NCBI GenBank assembly: GCA_903835255.1
Contig: CAILMI010000026.1
Location: 2,740-66,739 of the forward strand
Origin: an uncultured Verrucomicrobia subdivision 3 bacterium
Lineage (GTDB): Bacteria; Verrucomicrobiota; Verrucomicrobiia; Limisphaerales; UBA11358
Direction of reading: 5' to 3'
Length of the DNA: 64,000 bases
Shown here: one piece after another, positions 56,329 to 64,000 of the stretch
How the letters are laid out: each line of letters opens with the position of its first letter
How positions within the stretch are numbered: the first letter of the stretch is position 1
Made by a program: the position numbers and the translations under genes
The notes under the pieces: model-generated
What the model was told of the DNA's origin: nothing
Databases searched by the model: none
What the model saw: the letters and a program-made list of their open reading frames with translations, nothing else

Positions 56329-57690
56329 ATGAAAAAACAATTCCTCCTCTCGGTGCTCGGACTGATGATCTCCCTCCCCCTTCGCGCGGCGCCGTCGGAA
56401 TGGGATCAGGTGCCGGAGATCCTGGCGCGCATCGTCCCGCCGCAATTTCCTGCGCGCGACTTTGTCATCACGCGGTATGGCGCGGTCGGGGATGGCAAGG
56501 CGGACTGCGGCGGCGCGATCCGGAAGGCGATTGCCGCCTGCGCTGAAGCGGGCGGCGGGAGGGTTGTGGTTCCCGCCGGCGACTTTCTGACCGGCCCGGT
56601 CCATCTGCTGAGCGGGGTGAATCTGCATCTGGAAACGAATGCCGTGCTGCGATTCAGCACCGACCCCCAAGCTTATTTGCCCGCCGTATTCACTCGATTC
56701 GAGGGAATCGAATGCTACAACTACTCGCCCCTGATCTATGCGTTTGAACAAAAAAACGTCGCCGTGACCGGGGCCGGAATGCTGGACGGCCAGGCGGCTG
56801 AATCCAACTGGCTGGCGTGGAAAGGCCAGAAAAACAAGGAGGACGGAACGCAAAAGGCGGCGCGCGCGCGCCTTGTAAAAATGATGGAGGCCAACACGCC
56901 CGTCGCCGAACGCCGTTTCGGGGCAGGCGATTTCCTGCGCCCGAGCTTCGTCGAATTCAACCGCTGCCAGAACGTCCTGATCGAAGGGGTCCGCATTCGC
57001 CGCTCGCCGATGTGGGAGCTGCACCCCCTGCTCTGTACCAACGTTACCGTGCGCGGTGTGGACATCGTCTCGCACGGGGCCAACAACGACGGGTGCGACC
57101 CGGAAAGCTGCACGGACGTGCTGATCGAAGGCTGCCTGTTCGATACCGGCGACGACTGCATCGCCATCAAATCCGGGCGGAATGCCGACGGCCGCCGCGT
57201 GGGCGTGCCGTCCCAGAACATTGTTGTGCGGAATTGCACGATGCGGGACGGCCACGGCGGCGTGACCATTGGCAGCGAAATCTCCGGCAGCTGCAGCAAC
57301 GTCTTTGTGGAGAACTGCGAGATGAGCAGTCCGGACCTGACCTGCGCGCTGCGGCTGAAATCCAACGCCATGCGCGGCGGGGTGCTGCAGAATATCTTCA
57401 TGCGCAACGTGAAGGTCGGACGGGTTTCGGATTCCGTGTTACAGATCGATTTCCTTTATGAGGAAGGTGCCCGGGGCAGCTTCAATCCCGTCGCCCGGAA
57501 CATCGTGATGGAAAATATCCAGGGGGCAGACATTCCGCGCGTGCTGAACGTGAGGGGGTTTCCCGGCGCCAGCATCCGCGGGGTGCGGATTTATAACTCA
57601 ACGTTCCGGCAGATTAAAAAGCCCGATGTGGTCATCGACGCCGACGTGACGCTGGTGGATTGCAAGCTGGAACCCTATCGTCCGAATTAA
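56329..57690 (+). CDS. Glycoside hydrolase family 28 (polygalacturonase-like)
   Basis: NNDG, GDDCIAIKSG, GHGG.TIGSE, LRLKS; signal peptide. Confidence 0.93.
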   Translation: MKKQFLLSVLGLMISLPLRAAPSEWDQVPEILARIVPPQFPARDFVITRYGAVGDGKADCGGAIRKAIAACAEAGGGRVVVPAGDFLTGPVHLLSGVNLHLETNAVLRFSTDPQAYLPAVFTRFEGIECYNYSPLIYAFEQKNVAVTGAGMLDGQAAESNWLAWKGQKNKEDGTQKAARARLVKMMEANTPVAERRFGAGDFLRPSFVEFNRCQNVLIEGVRIRRSPMWELHPLLCTNVTVRGVDIVSHGANNDGCDPESCTDVLIEGCLFDTGDDCIAIKSGRNADGRRVGVPSQNIVVRNCTMRDGHGGVTIGSEISGSCSNVFVENCEMSSPDLTCALRLKSNAMRGGVLQNIFMRNVKVGRVSDSVLQIDFLYEEGARGSFNPVARNIVMENIQGADIPRVLNVRGFPGASIRGVRIYNSTFRQIKKPDVVIDADVTLVDCKLEPYRPN

Positions 57691-57717
57691 CCGCCAAGGC
57701 GCCAGGGACGCCAAGAG
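57689..57717 (+). repeat. Dispersed 29-bp repeat, copy B
   Basis: AACCGCCAAGGCGCCAGGGACGCCAAGAG followed by a CCAAGAG heptamer repeat. Confidence 0.85.
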
Positions 57718-57848
57718 CCAAGAGCTGAGCCGGATTCACACCGCCATTGAAGGAAGCCCGCTCATTAAATAAACCCATCGCTATTTTTACGCCCCCTCCT
57801 ATTGGATCGCCAAACCGTGGGATTTAGTTCTTCAAAGAATTCGCTCCC

Positions 57849-59138
57849 TCACCTTGCCGGGCCGGGGGTTGTCGCAGCCGGCACGTCAGCCGGGGAGCAC
57901 AGGCGCTGAAACACCAGCAGGCCGGCAAATATGGCGATCGCCCCGCAGATCACGTAGGGCAGCATGGCCATTTGGACATATAGCGTCGCGGCGAAAATGG
58001 GGCCAAGGATGCGCGCCAGGGCGCCGATGCTTTGGGCGATGCCGAGGGTGGCTCCCTGCTCGTTCGGCGGGGTGAGATTCGAAAGCAGCCCGAAGAGCGG
58101 CGCCCGAGTGAGGCTGGAGCCGACGGACAGAAGCGCCAGCGCCAGCAGCATGCGAATCCACGGCCCATCGGCGCCGCGCAACACCGCCGACCATTGCAAC
58201 GGGCCTTCGCCCTTCAGGAATGGCAGCAGCACGAGACTGAGGCCGGTCATGAAGAGGCTGGCGGCGATCAGCTTGGGCTCGCCAAACTTCTTCACCAGCC
58301 GCCCAATTGCCCCGCCCTGGATCACGGCCCCAATGAGCCCGCAGAACACAAACAGGGAAATGACGGTGGTTGCGGATTTTGTTTCATCCATGCTGACGCC
58401 GAGGTTGAAATGATCACTCACCAGGAGCGGCAGAGTGCTCTCAAAACAGCTAAAGGCAAAGGTGGCGAGGAAAAAAACCAGGATCAACAGGCCGGTTTTG
58501 GGCTGGGACAGCGTGCGCGTCCATTGTGCGAAACGCGGACGGTGCGGGACGGGGGTGGAATCGGGCTTCCAGCTTTCGGCCAGGATGAAATAGGCCAGGA
58601 AAAAGTTTAACGCGCACAGCGCCGCCGCTGTCCAGCCCGGCGCGGTAGCTCCCCCCAGTTTCAGCGCGACCCCGCTGATGACCGGACCAAAGATAAAGCC
58701 GAGCCCGAAGGCCATGCCGATCAGCCCCATCCGCTTGGACCGGTTTTCCGGCGGCGTGATGTCCGCAATGTAGGCCTGGGCGACGGTGATGTTCCCGCCG
58801 CAGGCGCCCGCGAACATGCGGGAGACGAGCAGCGCCCCCAGCGCCAGCGTGTGGTTTTCCAATCCGGAAGCGAGGGCGAACAGCACATAGGAAAAAGCCG
58901 CGCCAGCGGTGCTGATCAGCAGTATCGGCCGGCGGCCGTGCCGGTCCGAGAGTTTCCCCCAGAGGGGCGAGAAGAGAAACTGCATCGCCGAGAAGGAGGC
59001 GATGATGACGCCGATGACGAAGCCGCTGGCGCCATAATGCCGGCTGAAAAGCGGCACCAGCGGCACCACAATACCAAAGCCGATGAGGTCGATGAAGACC
59101 GTCAGGAAAATAACCAGAATGGAGGGCTTGCGGTTCAT
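57849..59138 (-). CDS. MFS transporter, TetA/DHA1-like
   Basis: FIDLIGFGIVVP, GKLSDRHGRRP (motif A), GMAFGLGFIFGP. Confidence 0.9.
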   Translation of the reverse strand: MNRKPSILVIFLTVFIDLIGFGIVVPLVPLFSRHYGASGFVIGVIIASFSAMQFLFSPLWGKLSDRHGRRPILLISTAGAAFSYVLFALASGLENHTLALGALLVSRMFAGACGGNITVAQAYIADITPPENRSKRMGLIGMAFGLGFIFGPVISGVALKLGGATAPGWTAAALCALNFFLAYFILAESWKPDSTPVPHRPRFAQWTRTLSQPKTGLLILVFFLATFAFSCFESTLPLLVSDHFNLGVSMDETKSATTVISLFVFCGLIGAVIQGGAIGRLVKKFGEPKLIAASLFMTGLSLVLLPFLKGEGPLQWSAVLRGADGPWIRMLLALALLSVGSSLTRAPLFGLLSNLTPPNEQGATLGIAQSIGALARILGPIFAATLYVQMAMLPYVICGAIAIFAGLLVFQRLCSPADVPAATTPGPAR

Positions 59139-59402
59139 AGTGGCAACAGCCGCGCAGTCTACTGACCGGAGGCGGAATTGACAGGATTTTCAACAGAACC
59201 CCGATACGACTCAAATGAAATAGCGCCCGGGATGTCAGACGGGCCGGCGGGCCTCTTGGGATCCGGTCGCGGCGCTTCTTCCCCCTTTCAGGGGCGCATC
59301 GGTCCCCGTGAGGGATGGGGGGCGGGGGGGGGGCGCGGCGAATAACTTCGTGAACAAGAAAAACAACTTTATCTTGCCGCCGATTCGATCAGCGGGTCTC
59401 CT

Positions 59403-60899
59403 ATGGGCATGAATGTTGACCCCGTTTCCGACCCGGCGCGCGCCGATGCCAGCGCGAGTCCGGCAGCTGACCTGAAGCAGTCGCGACGGCAGAAGCCGTC
59501 GAGGGCCGACGCCCGGCCCGGCATCGACCGGCTGCCGCCCCATTCGTCGGAGGCCGAACAGGGAGTGCTGGGCTGCGTGCTGCTCTCGCCCAACGAGTGC
59601 ATGGGCCAGTGCATCGAGAAGCTCAAGGGCGATGGCCATCAGGTTTTTTACGATCTCCGGCATCAGACCCTCTATGAAAACTTGGCGCTGATGTATGACG
59701 CGCGCGAGGCGATTGATGTCATCACCCTCCAGCAGCGGTTGAAGGATCAGCAGCTGCTCGACCAGATCGGCGGCATCGCGTATCTGGGGCAGCTGCAGGA
59801 CGCCGTCCCCAGCGCGGCGAACCTGAGCTTCTATCTGGAGATCCTCCAGGAGAAATTCCTGCTGCGCCGCATGATCGCCACCTGCACCGGGGTGGTGGGG
59901 CGCGTTTATGATTACCAGGGCGACGTGGAGACGCTGCTGGACGAGGTGGAGAAGGAGATTTTGCGGATCAACGAGTCGCGGGCGCAAAGCAGCACCTCCT
60001 CGATCAAGGAGCTGGTGGGCAAGGCGATCCTGACGGTGGAAAACTATTTCGACCGCAAGGGCACGCTGAACGGGCTGGGCACGGGCTTCACGGATCTGGA
60101 CCGGATGACCGATGGGCTGCACGGCGCGGAAATGATTGTGATCGCGGCGCGGCCTTCGATGGGCAAAACATCGCTGGCCATGAACATCGTCGAACACGTC
60201 GTGCTGGAACTCAATCAGCCGGTGGGCGTCTTCAGCCTGGAAATGAGCGCGGAATCGCTGATTCTGCGCATGCTCTGCTCGATCGCGCGGGTGAACCTGC
60301 GGAGCATCCGCGAAGGGTTCATGCATGAGACAGATTTCCCCAAGCTGACCAGCGCGGCGGGTAAGCTGGCCAAGTCCAAGCTGTTGATCGACGATTCGGC
60401 GGGGCTTTCCATCCTGGACCTGCGGGCGCGGGCGCGGCGGATGCACCAGCAGCACGGCGTGAAGCTTTTCGTGATTGACTACCTGCAATTGCTGCATTCT
60501 ACTGCGAGACGATCGCAGGACAACCGCCAGCAGGAAATTGCCGATATTTCCAGCGGCATCAAGGCGCTGGCCAAGGAACTGAATGTGCCGGTGATCGTCC
60601 TGGCGCAGCTGAACCGCGAACTGGAGAAGGACAAGAGCCGCAAGCCCCGGCTGTCGGATTTGCGCGAGTCCGGCGCGATCGAACAGGATGCGGATCTGGT
60701 GGGCCTGCTGTACAAACCGAGCTCGGGCGACGAGGAAGACGGCGCGCCCGCCGACGAAGCCGACGGGCTGCCGGTCAATCTGCTGGTCGCCAAGCAGCGC
60801 AACGGTCCGACGGGCGATGTGAATTTAACGTTCCTGAAATCTTATACGCGATTTGAAAACGCCGCCAAAGTCAGCGACGAAGACATCCCGGGCCGATAA
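59403..60899 (+). CDS. dnaB: Replicative DNA helicase
   Basis: PPHSSEAEQ, ARPSMGKT, IDYLQL, LAQLNR, LRESGAIEQDAD, KQRNGPTG. Confidence 0.97.
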   Translation: MGMNVDPVSDPARADASASPAADLKQSRRQKPSRADARPGIDRLPPHSSEAEQGVLGCVLLSPNECMGQCIEKLKGDGHQVFYDLRHQTLYENLALMYDAREAIDVITLQQRLKDQQLLDQIGGIAYLGQLQDAVPSAANLSFYLEILQEKFLLRRMIATCTGVVGRVYDYQGDVETLLDEVEKEILRINESRAQSSTSSIKELVGKAILTVENYFDRKGTLNGLGTGFTDLDRMTDGLHGAEMIVIAARPSMGKTSLAMNIVEHVVLELNQPVGVFSLEMSAESLILRMLCSIARVNLRSIREGFMHETDFPKLTSAAGKLAKSKLLIDDSAGLSILDLRARARRMHQQHGVKLFVIDYLQLLHSTARRSQDNRQQEIADISSGIKALAKELNVPVIVLAQLNRELEKDKSRKPRLSDLRESGAIEQDADLVGLLYKPSSGDEEDGAPADEADGLPVNLLVAKQRNGPTGDVNLTFLKSYTRFENAAKVSDEDIPGR

Positions 60900-60902
60900 A
60901 CG

Positions 60903-63386
60903 ATGAAATCATTTCACCGCCTCTTGGCTGCCGCGCTTGGGCTCGGGCTTGTCGCCGTTGCCGCCGCGCAGACTGCGGGCACCAAAATCAACCGGGTCAA
61001 CATCAAGTTTGTCGGGCCGGCGACGGTCAGCGAGCAGTTCATCCGCGTCAACATCCGCGCCAAAGCCGAGGACCCTTACCGTCCCAGCTCCACCCAGGAC
61101 GACGTCCGCTCGCTTTACGGCACGGGCCAGTTCTACAACATCCGCGTTTCAGCCGATCCCTCCACCAACGGCGGCGTGGTTCTGACCTACATCGTGCAGG
61201 CGCGCCCGCGGGTGACGGAGGTGAAGCTGGAGGGCAACCAGAAACTCAGCGACCGCAAGCTGAAGAAAAAAATCACAGTCAAGGTGGGCGACCCGCTGGA
61301 CGAGCAAAAGCTGTTTTCCAATGTCCAGGAGATCAAGAAGCTCTACGAGAAATACGGCTACCCGGACACCCAGGCCAAATACGTCCTGAATATCGACGAA
61401 AATGCCGGCACCGGGCGGGTCACCTTCCAGATGGTGGAAAGCCCGAAAATCCGGATCGTCGGCGTGGATTTCATCGGCGCGGCGGCTTTCACCCCCAAGG
61501 AATTGAGCAAGCAGGTCAAGACCCGGAAGCACTGGATGTGGTCGTGGCTGACCGGCAGCGGCACCTTCAAACAGGACGAGTTTGACGATGACAAGGAAAA
61601 GCTCTCTGGATTTTACCGGGAACACGGCTACCTCGACTTCGAGATTAAGGACGTTCAATTCACCAACCCGGCGACCAACCGCCTGGTCATCGCCTTCTAT
61701 CTCTATGAAGGCCGGCAATACAAGGTGGGTTCCGTTAAATTTTCGGGCAACAAACTTTTCAGCAACGCCCAGATCATCGCCGGAATGAAGGCCAACCATG
61801 CCTACCAGCGGGTGAAGGGCCCCACCGGCCCGAACGGGCTGGGGATGGATGTGGGCGATACGTACACACCGGAGGGGTTGAAGAAGGATACCACCGCAGT
61901 GCAGGATTTTTACGGCGGCAAGGGGTACATCGACGTGCAGCCGGGGGCCACCCTGCGGGTCGTCCAGATTCCCAACGTGGACACCGGCACGATGGATTTG
62001 GAATTCCAGATCGACGAGGGTCGGAAAACCTATGTCGAAAAAATCAACATCACCGGCAACCTCAAGACCAAGGACAAGGTCATCCGCCGCGAGCTGGCCA
62101 TCGCGCCGGGCGACGTGTTTGATATGGTGCATGTGAAGATCAGCAAGCAGCGGCTGGAGGGTTTGAATTACTTTGAAAAGGTGGAGACCGACCCCGCCCC
62201 GCTCGATCCGCCGATTCCCGGCCGCAAAAACCTGAATCTGGCGGTGACGGAAAAAAATACGGGAAACCTAACCTTCGGGGCGGGCTTCAGCTCGGTGGAT
62301 TCGCTCGTCGGCTATGTGGAAATGACGCAGGGCAATTTTGATCTGTTCCATCCGCCGAGCTTCACCGGCGGCGGCCAGAAACTGCGTCTGAAAGCCCAGC
62401 TAGGCACCCAGCGGCAGGACTATGAGATATCTTTCATTGAGCCGTGGTTTTTGAACCGCAAACTCTCTCTGGGAGTAGACCTCTACCGGCATCAGCTGAA
62501 CTTTGAAAGCCCCAACAACATGTTTGATGAAACCCGCTCGGGCATGCGGGTCAGCCTCACACGGGCCTTGTGGACGGACTTCTTCATCGGCAGCGTCAGC
62601 TACACCCTCGAGCAGGTGGGGATTTCTTTGAACAGCCCCTACGACCAGTCCACGTTCCTGCCCGGACCGCAGGTGCCTCCCGTGATCGACCCCAATTCCG
62701 GCAAGGCCGAGGTGCCCCAGGCCATCTTGGATCAAACCGGCGCCCAGTTGTTCAACCGCTTTAATGCCAGCCTCGCCTACGACACGCGCAACAGCACCCA
62801 GCTGCCCAACCACGGCCAGCGCACCGAAATCAATCCCGAGCTCAGCGTCGGCAGCGCCACCACCTTTTTGAAGATCCAGCTGCGCACCGCCTGGTATTTC
62901 CCCGGGCTGGCCAAGGGCCATGTCATCGAAGTGGTCGGCCGCACCGGCATCGCCTCCAGCCTGACCGGCCCGGACGTCCCCTTCTACGACCGCTACTATC
63001 TGGGCGGCCTGTACTCCCTCCGCGGTTTCAAATTCCGCAACGTCGCCCCGCGGGAGGCCCCCACGGCGACCTACCCCAATGTCAAAGACGAGCCCATTGG
63101 CGGCGATAGCTTCTACTTCGGCTCGGTGGAATACAGCATTCCGCTGCTGGAAAAAGACAACGGGCTGGGCGTGCGCATCGCCACTTTTTATGACATCGGC
63201 TCCGTCGGCGCGGGCAGCACCACCTTCACGGGGAACTTTGATGACGATGTGGGATTGGGCTTCCGGCTGAACATCCCCCATCTGGGCCCGTTGCGCCTCG
63301 ACTACGGCATTCCCATCACCCACGACAAATACAATGGCAGCAGCGGCCAGTTCCAGTTCGGGGCCGGCTACACCCGCGAATTTTAA
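60903..63386 (+). CDS. bamA: Outer membrane protein assembly factor BamA
   Basis: Signal peptide, POTRA repeats, GNLKTKDKVIRRE, LRGF, C-terminal FQFGAGYTREF. Confidence 0.95.
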   Translation: MKSFHRLLAAALGLGLVAVAAAQTAGTKINRVNIKFVGPATVSEQFIRVNIRAKAEDPYRPSSTQDDVRSLYGTGQFYNIRVSADPSTNGGVVLTYIVQARPRVTEVKLEGNQKLSDRKLKKKITVKVGDPLDEQKLFSNVQEIKKLYEKYGYPDTQAKYVLNIDENAGTGRVTFQMVESPKIRIVGVDFIGAAAFTPKELSKQVKTRKHWMWSWLTGSGTFKQDEFDDDKEKLSGFYREHGYLDFEIKDVQFTNPATNRLVIAFYLYEGRQYKVGSVKFSGNKLFSNAQIIAGMKANHAYQRVKGPTGPNGLGMDVGDTYTPEGLKKDTTAVQDFYGGKGYIDVQPGATLRVVQIPNVDTGTMDLEFQIDEGRKTYVEKINITGNLKTKDKVIRRELAIAPGDVFDMVHVKISKQRLEGLNYFEKVETDPAPLDPPIPGRKNLNLAVTEKNTGNLTFGAGFSSVDSLVGYVEMTQGNFDLFHPPSFTGGGQKLRLKAQLGTQRQDYEISFIEPWFLNRKLSLGVDLYRHQLNFESPNNMFDETRSGMRVSLTRALWTDFFIGSVSYTLEQVGISLNSPYDQSTFLPGPQVPPVIDPNSGKAEVPQAILDQTGAQLFNRFNASLAYDTRNSTQLPNHGQRTEINPELSVGSATTFLKIQLRTAWYFPGLAKGHVIEVVGRTGIASSLTGPDVPFYDRYYLGGLYSLRGFKFRNVAPREAPTATYPNVKDEPIGGDSFYFGSVEYSIPLLEKDNGLGVRIATFYDIGSVGAGSTTFTGNFDDDVGLGFRLNIPHLGPLRLDYGIPITHDKYNGSSGQFQFGAGYTREF

Positions 63387-63406
63387 AAATGAAGCCGTAT
63401 CCCCCC

Positions 63407-64000
63407 ATGAAAAATATCGCCGGACGGCTTGCCAGGCTCACCTTCACCCTGGCCGCGGCGGCCGCCACCGCTCATGCCGCCGGCTCCTTTGGCAACCTCC
63501 CGCTTTATTTTGAGGCCGGCTCTCCGGCAGGCTTCACCGCCCAGGGCCGCGACGCCCAATTTTCAATCGGCGCCACCGGGGCCCAGCTCGTGCTGCACAA
63601 AGACGGACTAACCCGAACAGTCCAACTCCAGTTCGCCGGCGCCAATTCCCAGGCCCAGGTCCGAGGCGACGGCGTCCTGTCCGGCACGATCAATCACCTC
63701 ACCGGCAGCCAGCCCGCACAATGGCGGACTGGTATCCCCACGTTTGCCCGGGTGCAGGTCGCGGAGGTCTATCCCGGCATCTCCCTGCTGTACTACGGCA
63801 ACCAGCAGCGTTTGGAATATGATTTCACGGTGGCGCCGGGCGCCTCTCCCGAAGCGATCACCCTCCACTTCACGGGCGCCGACCGCATCGCCCTCAACGC
63901 CCAAGGTGGCTTGGTACTCCACCTCGGTCAGGATGAAATCCTTCAGCCCGCGCCGTTCATTTATCAAACCGTGGAGGGCGTGCGCCGGGAAATCAGCGGC
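63407..64000 (+). CDS. Exported protein, N-terminus typical of SBBP/beta-propeller surface proteins (3' end outside window; not in ORF track)
   Basis: Hand translation MKNIAGRL...NLPLYFEA...W.TGIPTFARV....YPGISLLYYGNQQRLEYDF.VAPGA.P..I.L.F.G; alternative in-frame ATG at 63389. Confidence 0.75.
   Translation, partial: MKNIAGRLARLTFTLAAAAATAHAAGSFGNLPLYFEAGSPAGFTAQGRDAQFSIGATGAQLVLHKDGLTRTVQLQFAGANSQAQVRGDGVLSGTINHLTGSQPAQWRTGIPTFARVQVAEVYPGISLLYYGNQQRLEYDFTVAPGASPEAITLHFTGADRIALNAQGGLVLHLGQDEILQPAPFIYQTVEGVRREISG

Overview
GC-rich bacterial chromosome segment, most likely a Verrucomicrobiota (Pedosphaera/Limisphaerales-like) organism; the taxon is inferred from gene content and protein style, not from a marker search. 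Core content: comEC (partial), folB, a Rep/UvrD helicase, a complete aa3-type cytochrome c oxidase operon with ctaA/ctaB/sco, upp, a sigma-70 gene, apt, mqnD, a ribosomal cluster from rplB to rplQ that lacks rpsJ-rplC-rplD-rplW and has its own promoter, tRNA-Val(GAC), uxaE/uxaC with two GH28 genes (one truncated), dnaB and bamA. There are two accessory blocks. (1) About 25.2-30.1 kb: a lower-GC MBOAT / AlgJ-like / broken ORF / ketoacyl synthase cassette bracketed by a degenerate ~80-90 bp direct repeat. (2) About 45.2-52.3 kb, next to the tRNA: a C26 gamma-glutamyl hydrolase and a double-SIS MurQ-like gene divergent from a PurD-like ATP-grasp ligase, an alanine racemase and an Arg/Asp/Glu-tRNA-transferase-like gene, plus a decayed L-Ala-D/L-Glu epimerase. 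Block 2 is the best candidate for an undescribed system. Also notable: a HAD-NUDIX fusion coupled to folB, REP-like palindromes inserted in frame inside genes, and a recurring -10 box 6-7 nt upstream of start codons, which suggests leaderless mRNAs. No CRISPR array, rRNA, integrase or transposase was found. All family calls come from motif recognition by eye; no database search was run.
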